DNA of 61,540 nt, the filler included, from Squatina squatina (lineage: Eukaryota), in the NCBI GenBank assembly GCA_031763465.1. It is 4 parts of 3 records of this genome, joined end to end, with 100 filler letters (N's around TTAATTAATTAA, not from the genome) between each part and the next. Parts side by side here need not be neighbours in the genome. Positions count along the whole stretch, not along the records: positions 1 to 11,822 come from JARFOE010000174.1; positions 11,923 to 30,614 come from JARFOE010000004.1; 2 more parts are not named here. One strand, given 5' to 3'. The translations under genes were made by a program, and so were the position numbers. Shown in pieces: positions 9,751 through 21,186 of this stretch. Within the stretch, counting starts at the first letter, position 1. Every line of letters begins with the position of its first letter. Under the pieces are notes generated by a model. That model saw only the letters and a program-made list of their open reading frames with translations, did no database searches and was not told the DNA's origin.

Positions 9751-11822
9751 GCTCCTGCCAGCCTACCCCTCCGTGCCCTTTAGTTCTGCGTGGAGGGGTT
9801 TCCTGTATGGGCTGCTCTTGCACACCTTCAATATTGCCATTCTCGCCTGCCGCCAGGACACGGCGTGGCGTACCATTCTTCCGTCCACGGGGGACGAGGG
9901 TCCCTGGTGTGGGCTTTCTCTATGCGGGAGTCCTCGCACTTTCCCTCAGGGACTTGGTCTGGAGGGTGTTCCACAGAGCAGTCTCGTGCAACGAACTTTT
10001 AAGTCAGTTCACAGACTGCAAGGCCGCCTGCCATTTCTGCGGCCTCGGGGAGTCCGTTGCCACGTATATGTCGAATGTGTGGGGATGCAGCCCCTCTTTG
10101 AATATTTGCGGGGACTGCTCCTTAGATTTTGGCTGCACTTCAGTCCCACGCTCCTGATCTATGGGCACCCGGTGCGGGGGGGAGCAGGGCGGTCGGAGGA
10201 TGTCCTCGTAAACCTGCTCCTGGGCCTGGCCAAAATGGCCATGAACACCTCCAGACAGCGGGCGACCGAGGGGGTCGTTTGTCCAAACTGCCTGCCTCTC
10301 TTCCGCGCCTACGGTCACACCCGGGTGTCCCTGGAGAGGGAGCACGCGGTGCCCAACGGCACGATCGCGGCCTTCCACAACCGCTGGGTGCCGGGGGGGA
10401 CTGGAGTGCATCCTTGATGGGGAGAATGTGATTTTGATTTAATTTGGTGTTTTGTGCCTTTTGGTTTAATTTGATTATAAAAAGGGGAAAAAAGTCATTC
10501 ACATGACCCGGCCCTCCTGGCCTGATTAACGGGTGAATAAAAAAAAAAGGCTCCCGCCAGCCTACCCCTCTGTCCCCTTTAGTTCTGCGTGGAGGGGTTT
10601 CCTGTACGGGCTGCTCCTGCACACCTTCCATTTTGCCATCCTCGCCTGCCGCCAGGACACGCTGTGGCATACCATCCTTCCGTCCACGGGGGGCGAGGGT
10701 CCCTGGTGGGGATCTCTCTACGCGGGAGTCATCCCACTTTCCATCGGGGACTTGGCCTGGAGGGCGTTGCACAGAGCAGTCCCGTGCAACGAACTTTTAA
10801 GCCGGTTCACGGACTCCCAGGCCGCCTGCCATTTCTGCGGCCTCGGGGAGTCCGTGTTCCACGTCTGTGTCGAATGTGTGAGGCTGCAGCCCCTCTTTGA
10901 ATATTTGCGGGGGCTGCTCCTCAAATTTTGGCTGCACTTCAGTCCCACGCTCCTGATCTATGGGCACCCGGTGCGGGGTGGTCGGAGGAGGTCCTCGTAA
11001 ACCTGCTCCTGGGCCTGGCCATTAACACCTCCAGGCAGCGGGCAACCGAGGGGGTCGTCTGTGACGACTGCCTGTCTCTCTTCTGCGGCTACGTTCGCGC
11101 CCGGGTATCCCTGGAGAGGGAGCACGTGGCGTCCACCGGCAGAATCGCGGCCTTCCGAGACCGCTGGGTGCCGGGGGGACTGGAGTGCATCCTTGACGGG
11201 GAAAATGAGGTTTTGGTTTAATTTTGTGTGTTGTGGGTTTTGGTTTGATTTGATTTTTTAAAAAAGGGGAAAAATGTCTTTCACGTGACCCAGCCCTCCT
11301 GGCCTGATTGACGGATGAATATTTTTAAAAAGGCTCCTGCCAGCCTACCCCTCCGTGCCCTTTCGTTCTGAGTGGAGGGGTTTCCTGTACGGTCTGCTCT
11401 TGCACACCTTCCATTTTGCCATCCTCGCCTGCCGCCAGGACACGCCGTGGCATACCATCCTTCCGTCCGGGCGGGGGCAAGGGTCCCCGGTGGGGGTATC
11501 TCTACCTGGTAGTCCTCCCACTTTCCATCGGGGACTTGGCCTCGAGGGTGTTGCACAGAACAGTCCCGTGCAACGAACTTTTAAGTAAGTTCATGGACTC
11601 CCAGGCCGCCTTCCATTTCTGCGGCCTCGGGGAGTCCGTGTTCCACATATATGTCGAATGTGTGAGGGTGCAGCCCTTCTTTGAATAGTTGCGGGGGCTG
11701 CTCCTCAAATTTTGGCTGCACTTCAGTCCCACGCTCCTGATCTATGGGCACCCGGTGCGGGGGGGAGCGGGGCGGTCGGAGGACGTCCTCGTGAACCTGC
11801 TCCTGGGCCTGGCCAAAATGGC
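9751..11822 (+). mobile_element. Tandem array (at least 2.6 units, periods 799 and 783 bp) of 5'-truncated Tx1-clade non-LTR 3' ends
   Basis: Units start at 9751, 10550 and 11333. Each encodes GDLAWRALHRAV...CHFCGLGESVFHVYVEC (zf-RVT CCHC)...LVNLLLGLAK...FRDRW, typical of the Tx1 ORF2 C-terminus. The two complete units end in A-rich tails; the third runs into a gap. Confidence 0.9.
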
Positions 11823-11922
11823 NNNNNNNNNNNNNNNNNNNNNNNNNNNNNNNNNNNNNNNNNNNNTTAATTAATTAANNNNNNNNNNNNNNNNNNNNNN
11901 NNNNNNNNNNNNNNNNNNNNNN
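11823..11922. other. Artificial scaffold join: N44-TTAATTAATTAA-N44
   Basis: Six-frame-stop 12-mer (11867-11878) centred in an exactly 100-nt gap; the same structure occurs three times. Confidence 0.97.
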
Positions 11923-12768
11923 CACAGAACCATTACACATTGTTTCATTCCTTGAAACCAGCAGCTCGCTGAGCAGGATAGTTTGGAGAGACCGTGGCGA
12001 TGATGAACACAAGATTGCTGCTCTGGTGCTCATCAGGCTCTGAACTGTGAATTCATGAATTGACATTTAATTCCTTTGAGCACTGAGTATCCTTTACAGC
12101 TTCCGCCAAAAAAAAGTCCATGATTTCTTTATTATATATATCTGCAAGCATGATTGTCTGTCAAACACCAATCCTATATCGAGCAAAATATGGCACCATG
12201 GAACATTCCTTCATTCACAGCATTCGTTGAACTGAAGAAGTGAAACACTGGACAGCTTGCTAGCTCAGCTACACTGGCGCATGCCTGCCGAGTGCAAGGC
12301 CATGGTGTTGGGATCCCAGGGCTTGCTGTCCCCACAGCCAGGCAGAGCTTTTTCTCCCTTCTCGAGCCAAGCTTTACTAGATGGGAGAAACAAGGTGTTT
12401 GAGGATGGAGAGGATTGGTAAAACGTTGAGGCTGTCCACCTTAGCCTTTCCAAACCAGCTCTCACCGTTCAAACCCTTCAAGGCTGGAGGAGAGTGCTCA
12501 GCAGCAAACAAGCACCATCAATGGTGGGGCGGTGGGTGGGAAAGAAACAGCGAAAAAGTGGAAATCAAAACCAAAATAGATTAAATGTTAAAAGTCCAGA
12601 ATTTCTGTTGCAGTCCTCAAAGCGTTATTTATGATCACGATGGATGCATTTTCCATCCCTCTTATTGAAAAGAACATCTGTACTGATGAGCTATGGGCTG
12701 ATTGGGAAACGTGATGTGAACACCAATTGTTGCTACAATCTCTCTGCTCAGATTTGTTGGTCTCTTAC

Positions 12769-12920
12769 CTTATTACGCTTGAAATAAGCCCGTCTGCAAG
12801 CTGCAAAGCACTTTTCGCTGCAGAAACTTTTCACCTCACTTCCCATGCTGAGGGAGTAACGCTTAATTCCCAGCTTCTGGCACCAAGCACAAACTATCTG
12901 TACATTAATCATTTCATCAT
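12769..12920 (-). CDS. SOBP: SOBP (sine oculis-binding protein homolog) internal exon with the first FCS-type zinc finger (exon 4 by human numbering)
   Basis: (D)[50 protein letters not shown]. Acceptor tttttgtgtttcAG, donor AAG|GTAAGA; 152 nt, phase 1 to phase 0. Confidence 0.97.
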
Positions 12921-13740
12921 CTGAAACACAAAAAAACACGCAAAATCTCATGAGAAAAAGCATCACTGGTCGTTTCTATGTGACTCAAGACTAGCCCAAT
13001 GCAATTGACTCTATTGCTATAGGAGCACTTTGCAGCCATTTGGAATCAGTATATATATTTTTTNNNNNNNNNNNNNNNNNNNNNNNNNNNNNNNNNNNNN
13101 NNNNNNNNNNNNNNNNNNNNNNNNNNNNNNNNNNNNNNNNNNNNNNNNNNNNNNNNNNNNNNNCACTCGGAGTGTGCCCTGTTTATATTTCTATCTACTG
13201 CTGGTGGCAAGAGATGTAGTCGGCTGTGATTTTTAAGTGTGAAACTGCCGATCCCATCCACTCAGGCTGGCTCTGGAAATTGCTGCCAGTGACCGTAAGT
13301 ACATCAACTGTCTAAGCTAATAATTACAGCCATCACTGCTCCCCTATAACATAGGCGATCTGGAGTGAAACAGGTTTCAATGTTTCAACTCTTCGAACAG
13401 GACAGAGCGCTGACAAATAATTCTGCCCGGTTTCTGATCTGTTGCTTACAGTGCTCCATGTGGCTTTGCTAACTATCCAGATTACAGTAATACCATCTTC
13501 TTTGTCTCTTCTAACCTCCTAACCAATGCCATAGCTAACCATTGCTGAATTCCACCCCGTAATCCTAAACTCCCAAGCATCCTCCGAACTGAACCTGTAA
13601 TGAAACTTTGGCAGCTGACCACAATCACAGGCACCTTTTCACCTCCGACCTTGCTCCTGGCACTAGGCATTTAGCTACATGTTTGTTCAGCAGCTTCCTT
13701 GCATGCCAAGTTAGCCAGGCTGCAGCCTCCACCATTCTGT

Positions 13741-14190
13741 ATATACAAAAGCATCCAGAGACACACACACACACGCGCGCGCACACACAAATACACAAAA
13801 ACACACGCACACACAAATACACATACACACAAAAACAGGCACATGCGCACATACACACAGACACAAATATACAAAAACACACACAAATAGACACATACAC
13901 AAATATACAAAAACACACAAATACACAAAAACAGACACATGCGCATGCTCACAGACACACACAGACACAAATACACACACACGCACGCGTGCACACACAA
14001 ATACACAAAAACACACACACACAGATACACACAAACACACACAAATACTCAAAAACACACACTGACAAATATACACACACACAAATACACAAACACACAC
14101 ACACACAAATACACAAATACACAAACACACATGCGCATGCTCACATACACACAGACAAACACACAAAATAGATTAATACAAACACATTTG
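13741..14190. repeat. Compound (CA)n microsatellite/low-complexity tract in a SOBP intron
   Basis: About 450 bp of interrupted CA repeats with recurring ACACAAAT and CATGCGCATGC subunits. Confidence 0.95.
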
Positions 14191-15034
14191 TGCAAATAAA
14201 GAATCTTTTAAAAATACAGGTTGGTAAAAGCTGGAGGCAAATAAAACATTTTACCCCAAATCCATTGTTCTAATTTCCATTAAAATACTTTGGCCAACGA
14301 ATGTAATTGCTCCCATTTCTCATAATTCCCACCTACTGTAAGACGAGATGGCTAATCAGCAAAGCCCACGAATGGAGTGCAATCATGTAGGTAATGGGTG
14401 ATCCCGTTGTATGTAAAATCGCTCCATTCAGAAAACAATCCCCTCTTTTAGTCAAACAGCTGCTTAACAGCAATTCATTTGCCTTACCCAGGTGGTTACA
14501 ATTAAGCAGCATGGACTCTGCCACAGTAGAAGTACTGTAACAAATATATTCCCTCACCAGTTCACAGACCACAGGCCTGCTATTAAAAATAAAAATTGCA
14601 ATTTTGACCCCAAGTGGATACAGTTTTTAAGCTAAAAAAAGGGTCTTATAAATTCCAGCAATCCTTACTGTTTTTATAATTCTATTGCTAGGTTTTTCTA
14701 TCTACCACCTCTGGGTGTATTAAACAAACAAAACATCGCATCAGCCAAGATCTTTGACACTGCCCCAATACTAAACAAACACAGCTCACCCGAAGATGCA
14801 GAGAAAAAGAAAAAAAACTGGAATGCGAGAAATCAGAAATAAAAATATAAAATGCTGGAAACGCATCAGCACCTGAAGAGAGAAAAGACAGGTTCACATT
14901 CTGGGTGTGGGGCCTTTGCTGCTGCTGGTTCAGTNNNNNNNNNNNNNNNNNNNNNNNNNNNNNNNNNNNNNNNNNNNNNNNNNNNNNNNNNNNNNNNNNN
15001 NNNNNNNNNNNNNNNNNNNNNNNNNNNNNNNNNN

Positions 15035-15236
15035 CTCGCTACCACAGGGAGTGGTTGAAGCGAAGAGTATAGATGCATTTAAGGGGAGGCTAGACAAGCA
15101 GATGAGGGAGAAGGGAATAGAGGGTTATGCTGATCGATTTAGATGAGGAAAGACAGGAGGAGGCTCGAGTGGAGCATAGACTAGTTGGGCCAAATGGCCC
15201 GTTTCTGTGCTGTATATAATATGTAATTCTATGTAA
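15035..15236 (+). mobile_element. CR1 3' end with octamer tail
   Basis: LPQGVVEAKSIDAFKGRLDKQMREKGIEGY, then 3' UTR and a (TATGTAAT)-like tail. Confidence 0.85.
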
Positions 15237-17269
15237 AGCGAGAAGCAAAAACTGAAGAAGGCAGTAAGTTGGAGAGAAAAGACTGAGAATGGATGTGAAA
15301 AGGGATAAAGTTAGACAGGCAACTTGAGGTTTTGCGGGCTGTCAGCATGCAGTGATTAAAGACAAAGCATCATTGAGAAAAGGTCTGTTCACTCTGGGGG
15401 AGGGAAAGGGAACTGTGGGATGGGATGGGATCACCCTGCNNNNNNNNNNCACGCATATAATTGACAGGGCAACTGTCACATGAATCAGATAGCCAGCCAA
15501 CAAAAACAGATTTATAAACATTATCTTCAGCATTAAAGGACTGATTGCTCAAAACTTGAGCAGTCAATTCTCATCCTCACACAGAGGAATTTTAATAAAA
15601 ATGGTCACTTCCTCCCCCTGCCCTCTGGCCATCTCCACCCTAGACAAGAAACTAGGAATGTGATTGACCACAAAGAGATTCCTCCTGTAAATGCAGTAAT
15701 CTCTCTCGGCAGGAGGTTAACAATACATTTCAAATTGCTTGCACACAAACAGAACCTTTCTCTGATGTGGCCCTCGGATTCCCAGGGAAAATATTTCTTT
15801 TTCATTCCTCATGATGTAAGTTAATACACTTGACGCCGGACCAATCTATAAAGCTTCCAACTGTTCTAAATGCAAACTCTAAATTCCAACCCCGTTTAAG
15901 AGCTGACAAGTTTTAATAGTTTGCTCACAAACCGAATCTTCCTTCAAGTGTTCTGAGCAGCACGCGGTCGAGAGATGTAGCTCCGAACATCATAGTACAT
16001 GATGTAACATTTGACTGCCAACCAAGCTGGCTACCATTTCTACACCTACTTTTATGTTATTCAGAGTTCAAGGTTGCACAATACTGAAGCTTAGATTCCT
16101 TCAACACACATCTTGATTTGCNNNNNNNNNNNNNNNNNNNNNNNNNNNNNNNNNNNNNNNNNNNNNNNNNNNNNNNNNNNNNNNNNNNNNNNNNNNNNNN
16201 NNNNNNNNNNNNNNNNNNNNNTCGTAAACAAATAAATAAAACAATTATAACAGGAAAACATCTCTTCATATTTGCCAGTTTTCTTGCGACAATCTGTATC
16301 ACTTTTTTTTGCAGAAGACACTGTGTATTCTGCAGCGTTGGTTCACTGACTAAAAATAAAAACTTGACAACAAAAATTATTGTGTTTTCATCAACACAAT
16401 TAAAATTAGGACTGAATGAAGATGAGAGCTAAAATTTGAGTTAAAGGGACAAGACTAAAACTAAAACTAAAACTAAAACTAAAATTAAAATTAAGAGTAT
16501 TTCTACGAGTGAAACAGCATTGGTCTGTGGCCCACATTTGAACAGAGGTTGAAAATTGGAACAGAGGAACGAGTCTTCCTGGTCACAAAGCACCTGTTTA
16601 CTATTTCTCAACGGCCTCAAAGCTGTGCTGCGGGATACCAGCTTCCAAACACTTAACACATCCATCTAAAATTCCTCTCTGGTATTCTGGCAGAGGTATC
16701 AATCCATTTATTTTAAGCTGGCTATTATTTCTGCCAAAATAGCAGCGAAGGCGATTTCAGACAAAAGCTTTAGGCATTCACTGATATCCCACTGCGTTAC
16801 AACAAACCCAACAAACATTTCATGTAACCTTGTGAGAAGTGAATGAATTCTGATGGTTTTTTTTTAAAACGCGCACAGCTTGAAATCATTCCTAAAGAGA
16901 CTGAAATTACAATGCAGCAAGCAAAAAATAAAAAATAAAGTTTTAAGTAATTTGTTTTTTCTAAGATTTAAACTAAAATATGAGTAAAGTTGGGAGACAA
17001 AAGATTCAAGGGTTAAGCTTATCTGAGGTTTATAAATAAAATAACACTTTAACAATTCCAGGTCTCGTGGCGAGACTAAAACTACAAGTGGAAATGGAGT
17101 CCAGGACAAAGAAAAACTAGACTGTACATCCAGTGGAACGGCCTATTCTCCGTCAGACAATAAAATAGAAGTGAACTTCAACTCTGGAGAGTTTCCAACT
17201 ACAGTCAACCAACACATGCGACATAAATTGAACATAGAATGCACAACACAAGACAGAGGCTTTCTTTAC

Positions 17270-17337
17270 CTTTCAGCACAGAAACGTGCTGGCGGCCCTC
17301 AACATCCACTGGGTAGTTCTTAATCTCAATGTCTTCC
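17270..17337 (-). CDS. SOBP: SOBP exon 2, 3' part (5' part hidden in gap 17338-17437)
   Basis: The minus strand reads EDIEIKNYPVDVEGRQHVSVLK followed by G|GTAAAG (phase 1), resembling human SOBP [22 protein letters not shown] as recalled. Not listed in the ORF track. Confidence 0.92.
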
Positions 17338-19641
17338 NNNNNNNNNNNNNNNNNNNNNNNNNNNNNNNNNNNNNNNNNNNNNNNNNNNNNNNNNNNNNNN
17401 NNNNNNNNNNNNNNNNNNNNNNNNNNNNNNNNNNNNNTGCTTGCCTCTTGTCTGGGCCTGTTGTAGACTAATTGATAGAGATAGAGTTAGTCATCAATTC
17501 CATTAGTGTTGTATCCTGTGACTTGAAGGAGAACTAGATGGACATTGGTCTTTTTTCATCGAGTAATTTTTGTGATCCTACGGCAGCCTTCAGAGCAATG
17601 TTCCTTCTGATTTGAATCCCTCCATTCAGTGCCATCTTGATGGTGTGTGGGCCTGAGTCTTCACACAGCCAGTAAGTCTCACTCACCCACTAGGAGTGAC
17701 AATCATTCACATTGGCTTTTCATTGAATCCTTTTGATTTGTATCACATTTAAAAATAAACACAGCTCCCTTTCTTCACATTCTTGTGATTATCTCACTGT
17801 TGGTGCTCATTGTGTCACAATGGGTTTTGTCCAGTAGAACTTGCATTTATATACAACCTTATCGCACCCCAAACCACTTCAAATCCAATGGATTATTGTT
17901 TTAAATGTACGTTGACAAACTTGGCAGCCGATTTGCACACACCAAGTTCCCTCAAAAAGTAAAGGAGATGAATGACCGTTTTATTTTGTGCTGTTGGTCA
18001 AGGAACACATGTTGGCCAGGACACTGGCAGGACTCCTTGCTGTTATTTGAATGGAAAATAAAAACCCGTACATATTTCAAACAGAAAATTGATCTTTTTC
18101 TTTCCACCGAAGCAATGTGGCAGAAGGAACCATTTTCCAAATAATTAGCTTGTGATTTAGTGATTGACAAGATCATTCAACTCGGTCAGGAACTGCTCAC
18201 CCTGCCCCCTCCCCGTATAAAACTGCAGCACAAAAACAAAATTCCTTTATGTGTCTTCTGTGCTTCTTTCTTCCACCCACTCTTGCCCCGCACATGCCAA
18301 AAATGTCACAAAAAGATCAAAACAGCTTCTTCATGTCACCAATTATTTCAAAAGTCCATCCCACTGCTACTTGATTTCTCAGTTTTTCACCTCCAAACTA
18401 CAATGGGAGGCCTTACATTAGTTAGTGAATAGCAATCAGAAGGTTACAAAAGTTCCACTTGCATGAGCGAGGCAGAGTTTTCTTTATGCTGTGGCATTAA
18501 GTCACATTTTGCATCCCTGAGTAAAAAATGTAGAAGACAATGTCATGAGCCTATGTCACAACACCAGCAAAACCTGGTTAATTTATCATTCATTTAATTT
18601 GCGGTTTTAGATTCTGCTGCGTGGAAATTGCATTTGCTTATAATTCATTCATGGGATGTGGGAGTCNNNNNNNNNNNNNNNNNNNNNNNNNNNNNNNNNN
18701 NNNNNNNNNNNNNNNNNNNNNNNNNNNNNNNNNNNNNNNNNNNNNNNNNNNNNNNNNNNNNNNNNNNNNNNNNNNNNNNNNNNNNNNNNNNNNNNNNNNN
18801 NNNNNNNNNNNNNNNNNNNNNNNNNNNNNNNNNNNNNNNNNNNNNNNNNNNNNNNNNNNNNNNNNNNNNNNNNNNNNNNNNNNNNNNNNNNNNNNNNNNN
18901 NNNNNNNNNNNNNNNNNNNNNNNNNNNNNNNNNNNNNNNNNNNNNNNNNNNNNNNNNNNNNNNNNNNNNNNNNNNNNNNNNNNNNNNNNNNNNNNNNNNN
19001 NNNNNNNNNNNNNNNNNNNNNNNNNNNNNNNNNNNNNNNNNNNNNNNNNNNNNNNNNNNNNNNNNNNNNNNNNNNNNNNNNNNNNNNNNNNNNNNNNNNN
19101 NNNNNNNNNNNNNNNNNNNNNNNNNNNNNNNNNNNNNNNNNNNNNNNNNNNNNNNNNNNNNNNNNNNNNNNNNNNNNNNNNNNNNNNNNNNNNNNNNNNN
19201 NNNNNNNNNNNNNNNNNNNNNNNNNNNNNNNNNNNNNNNNNNNNNNNNNNNNNNNNNNNNNNNNNNNNNNNNNNNNNNNNNNNNNNNNNNNNNNNNNNNN
19301 NNNNNNNNNNNNNNNNNNNNNNNNNNNNNNNNNNNNNNNNNNNNNNNNNNNNNNNNNNNNNNNNNNNNNNNNNNNNNNNNNNNNNNNNNNNNNNNNNNNN
19401 NNNNNNNNNNNNNNNNNNNNNNNNNNNNNNNNNNNNNNNNNNNNNNNNNNNNNNNNNNNNNNNNNNNNNNNNNNNNNNNNNNNNNNNNNNNNNNNNNNNN
19501 NNNNNNNNNNNNNNNNNNNNNNNNNNNNNNNNNNNNNNNNNNNNNNNNNNNNNNNNNNNNNNNNNNNNNNNNNNNNNNNNNNNNNNNNNNNNNNNNNNNN
19601 NNNNNNNNNNNNNNNNNNNNNNNNNNNNNNNNNNNNNNNNN

Positions 19642-19836
19642 GAGTCATTGAATATATTCAAGGCTGAGATAGACAGGTTTTTGAGCAACAGGGGAGTCAA
19701 AGGTTATGGGGAACAGGCGGGAAAGTGGAGTTGAGGCCAAAATCAGATCAGCCATGATCTCATTGAATGGAGGAGTAGGCTTGATGGGCCGAATGGCCTA
19801 CTCCTGCTCCTATTTCTTATGTTCATGCGTTCTTAT
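19642..19836 (+). mobile_element. CR1 3' end
   Basis: ESLNIFKAEIDRFLSNRGVKGYGEQAGKWS*, plus a 3' UTR and TTCTTATG tail like 4870-5061. Confidence 0.9.
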
Positions 19837-20134
19837 CGAAGGATCACCAGCACCTGAACCAGCACTTTCTGGAGAGGCAGGAAGGAAACAGTGGAGGACT
19901 AGGCTTGGTCGTTTTTTTCCAAGTGCAGAACAAGCATACGCCGCTTCCACACACTCTAATCGTACGTCACTTCACATTCAAACATAACTGCTTTGTAAAT
20001 TAACTATATATTTTCCCCCTTTTAAATTTACACAACATTACCTTGCACTTAAATTTATGTACAAAGCCAAATTCTGCTCTACTTCAGACCCAAATAGAAC
20101 AGGAGTGAGGCCCATATTAGAAGGAGCTGATTAT

Positions 20135-20335
20135 GAACCCAATGCTGTTCTGACCGGACATTCAGAATTCACTTGATAATGATCAGAAGTGGAAGCCCAG
20201 GTTGATTTTCCCCGCTTTTTTTTTCAGCCCAGGAACACTGAGGCCAATTGTAGCAGCCTACTGCCATCCAGCTACCACAGACCAGGGACTGCAAACCTGG
20301 AACCTTCCAGTCTATTCCATGTTAGGCAGGACCCT
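20135..20335 (-). mobile_element. Old interspersed repeat, probably a tRNA-derived SINE (related copy at 46638-46845)
   Basis: Shares gaacccaat...ctgagg(c/t)caatt...acaga with 46638-46845. A degenerate B-box-like segment lies on the minus strand near 20295. Confidence 0.45.
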
Positions 20336-20406
20336 CGCTAATGGAGTCACTGAGGGAAAAAAAATATCCTCTCATTGACAGTACTCTTACCTCAATACGT
20401 ACACAA

Positions 20407-20443
<37 letters not shown>

Positions 20444-20551
20444 TATACACATGTACAGAGTTGCAAAATCCCAGACCACTGAGAATAGTTGTGTTTCTTT
20501 TTCAAAAAGGCCACTGCAAGTCTTTATTGGCAGCACCCTTTCTCCATACAG

Positions 20552-20659
20552 CACTGGTAAGAAACAGATTTCTCTTGCTAACACACACCACTGGTAAGAA
20601 ACAGATTTCTCTTGCTAACACACACCACTGGTAAGAAACAGATTTCTCTTGCTAACACA
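20552..20659. repeat. 37-bp tandem repeat, 2.9 perfect copies
   Basis: CACTGGTAAGAAACAGATTTCTCTTGCTAACACACAC at 20552, 20589 and 20626, with no spacers. Confidence 0.95.
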
Positions 20660-21057
20660 GAAACTCGTCCCTGGAACATTCTTTTTGCATGGTTCCCAGA
20701 AACAATGTTATAGAGGGGGCCGGCTGCACTGTATAAAATAACAAGTAACAGATACTCAGGAGGGAGTTCAAGGCTGTAATACAATCTCAGGTTTCAAATT
20801 ACATTAATAAACTGTGAGATTGTCATCTGAGCCCCTCGATTATGTTACAAGTATGTAACTTACACCTAGCTATCTATTATTCCATATGTAAACTGCTGTG
20901 CTACAGGATTACCTCTCAAACATTTTAAGAAACTGTAGTCATTGTTTTTGTAGATGTNNNNNNNNNNNNNNNNNNNNNNNNNNNNNNNNNNNNNNNNNNN
21001 NNNNNNNNNNNNNNNNNNNNNNNNNNNNNNNNNNNNNNNNNNNNNNNNNNNNNNNNN

Positions 21058-21186
21058 AAACTTTTATAAGCCACTGGTTAGGCCTCAGCTGGAGTATTGT
21101 GTTCAATTCTGGACACCGCAGTTTAGGAAGGATGTCAAGGTCTTGGAGAGGGTGCAGGGGAGATTTATTGGCACTGTATCAGGATT
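21058..21186 (+). mobile_element. CR1 ORF2 fragment
   Basis: [31 protein letters not shown]. Confidence 0.85.

Noticed and set aside
9579-10772. Overlapping 100-210 aa ORFs in alternative frames and on the antisense strand
   Set aside because: They are by-products of the GC-rich Tx1 coding sequence; only the zf-RVT frame has recognisable motifs.
11867-11878. TTAATTAATTAA palindrome (PacI-like) recurring three times
   Set aside because: It is always centred in exactly 100 nt of gap, so it is an assembly linker rather than biology.
11923-12066. Minus-strand ORF containing SELLV as a possible next SOBP exon
   Set aside because: There is no further similarity to the expected SOBP sequence and no convincing splice sites.
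13608-14199. His/Thr-rich and Cys/Val-rich ORFs on both strands
   Set aside because: They are translations of a (CA)n low-complexity tract.
20552-20659. 37-bp direct repeats of CRISPR-like length
   Set aside because: The repeats are contiguous with no spacers, there are no cas genes, and the context is a vertebrate intron. It is a minisatellite.
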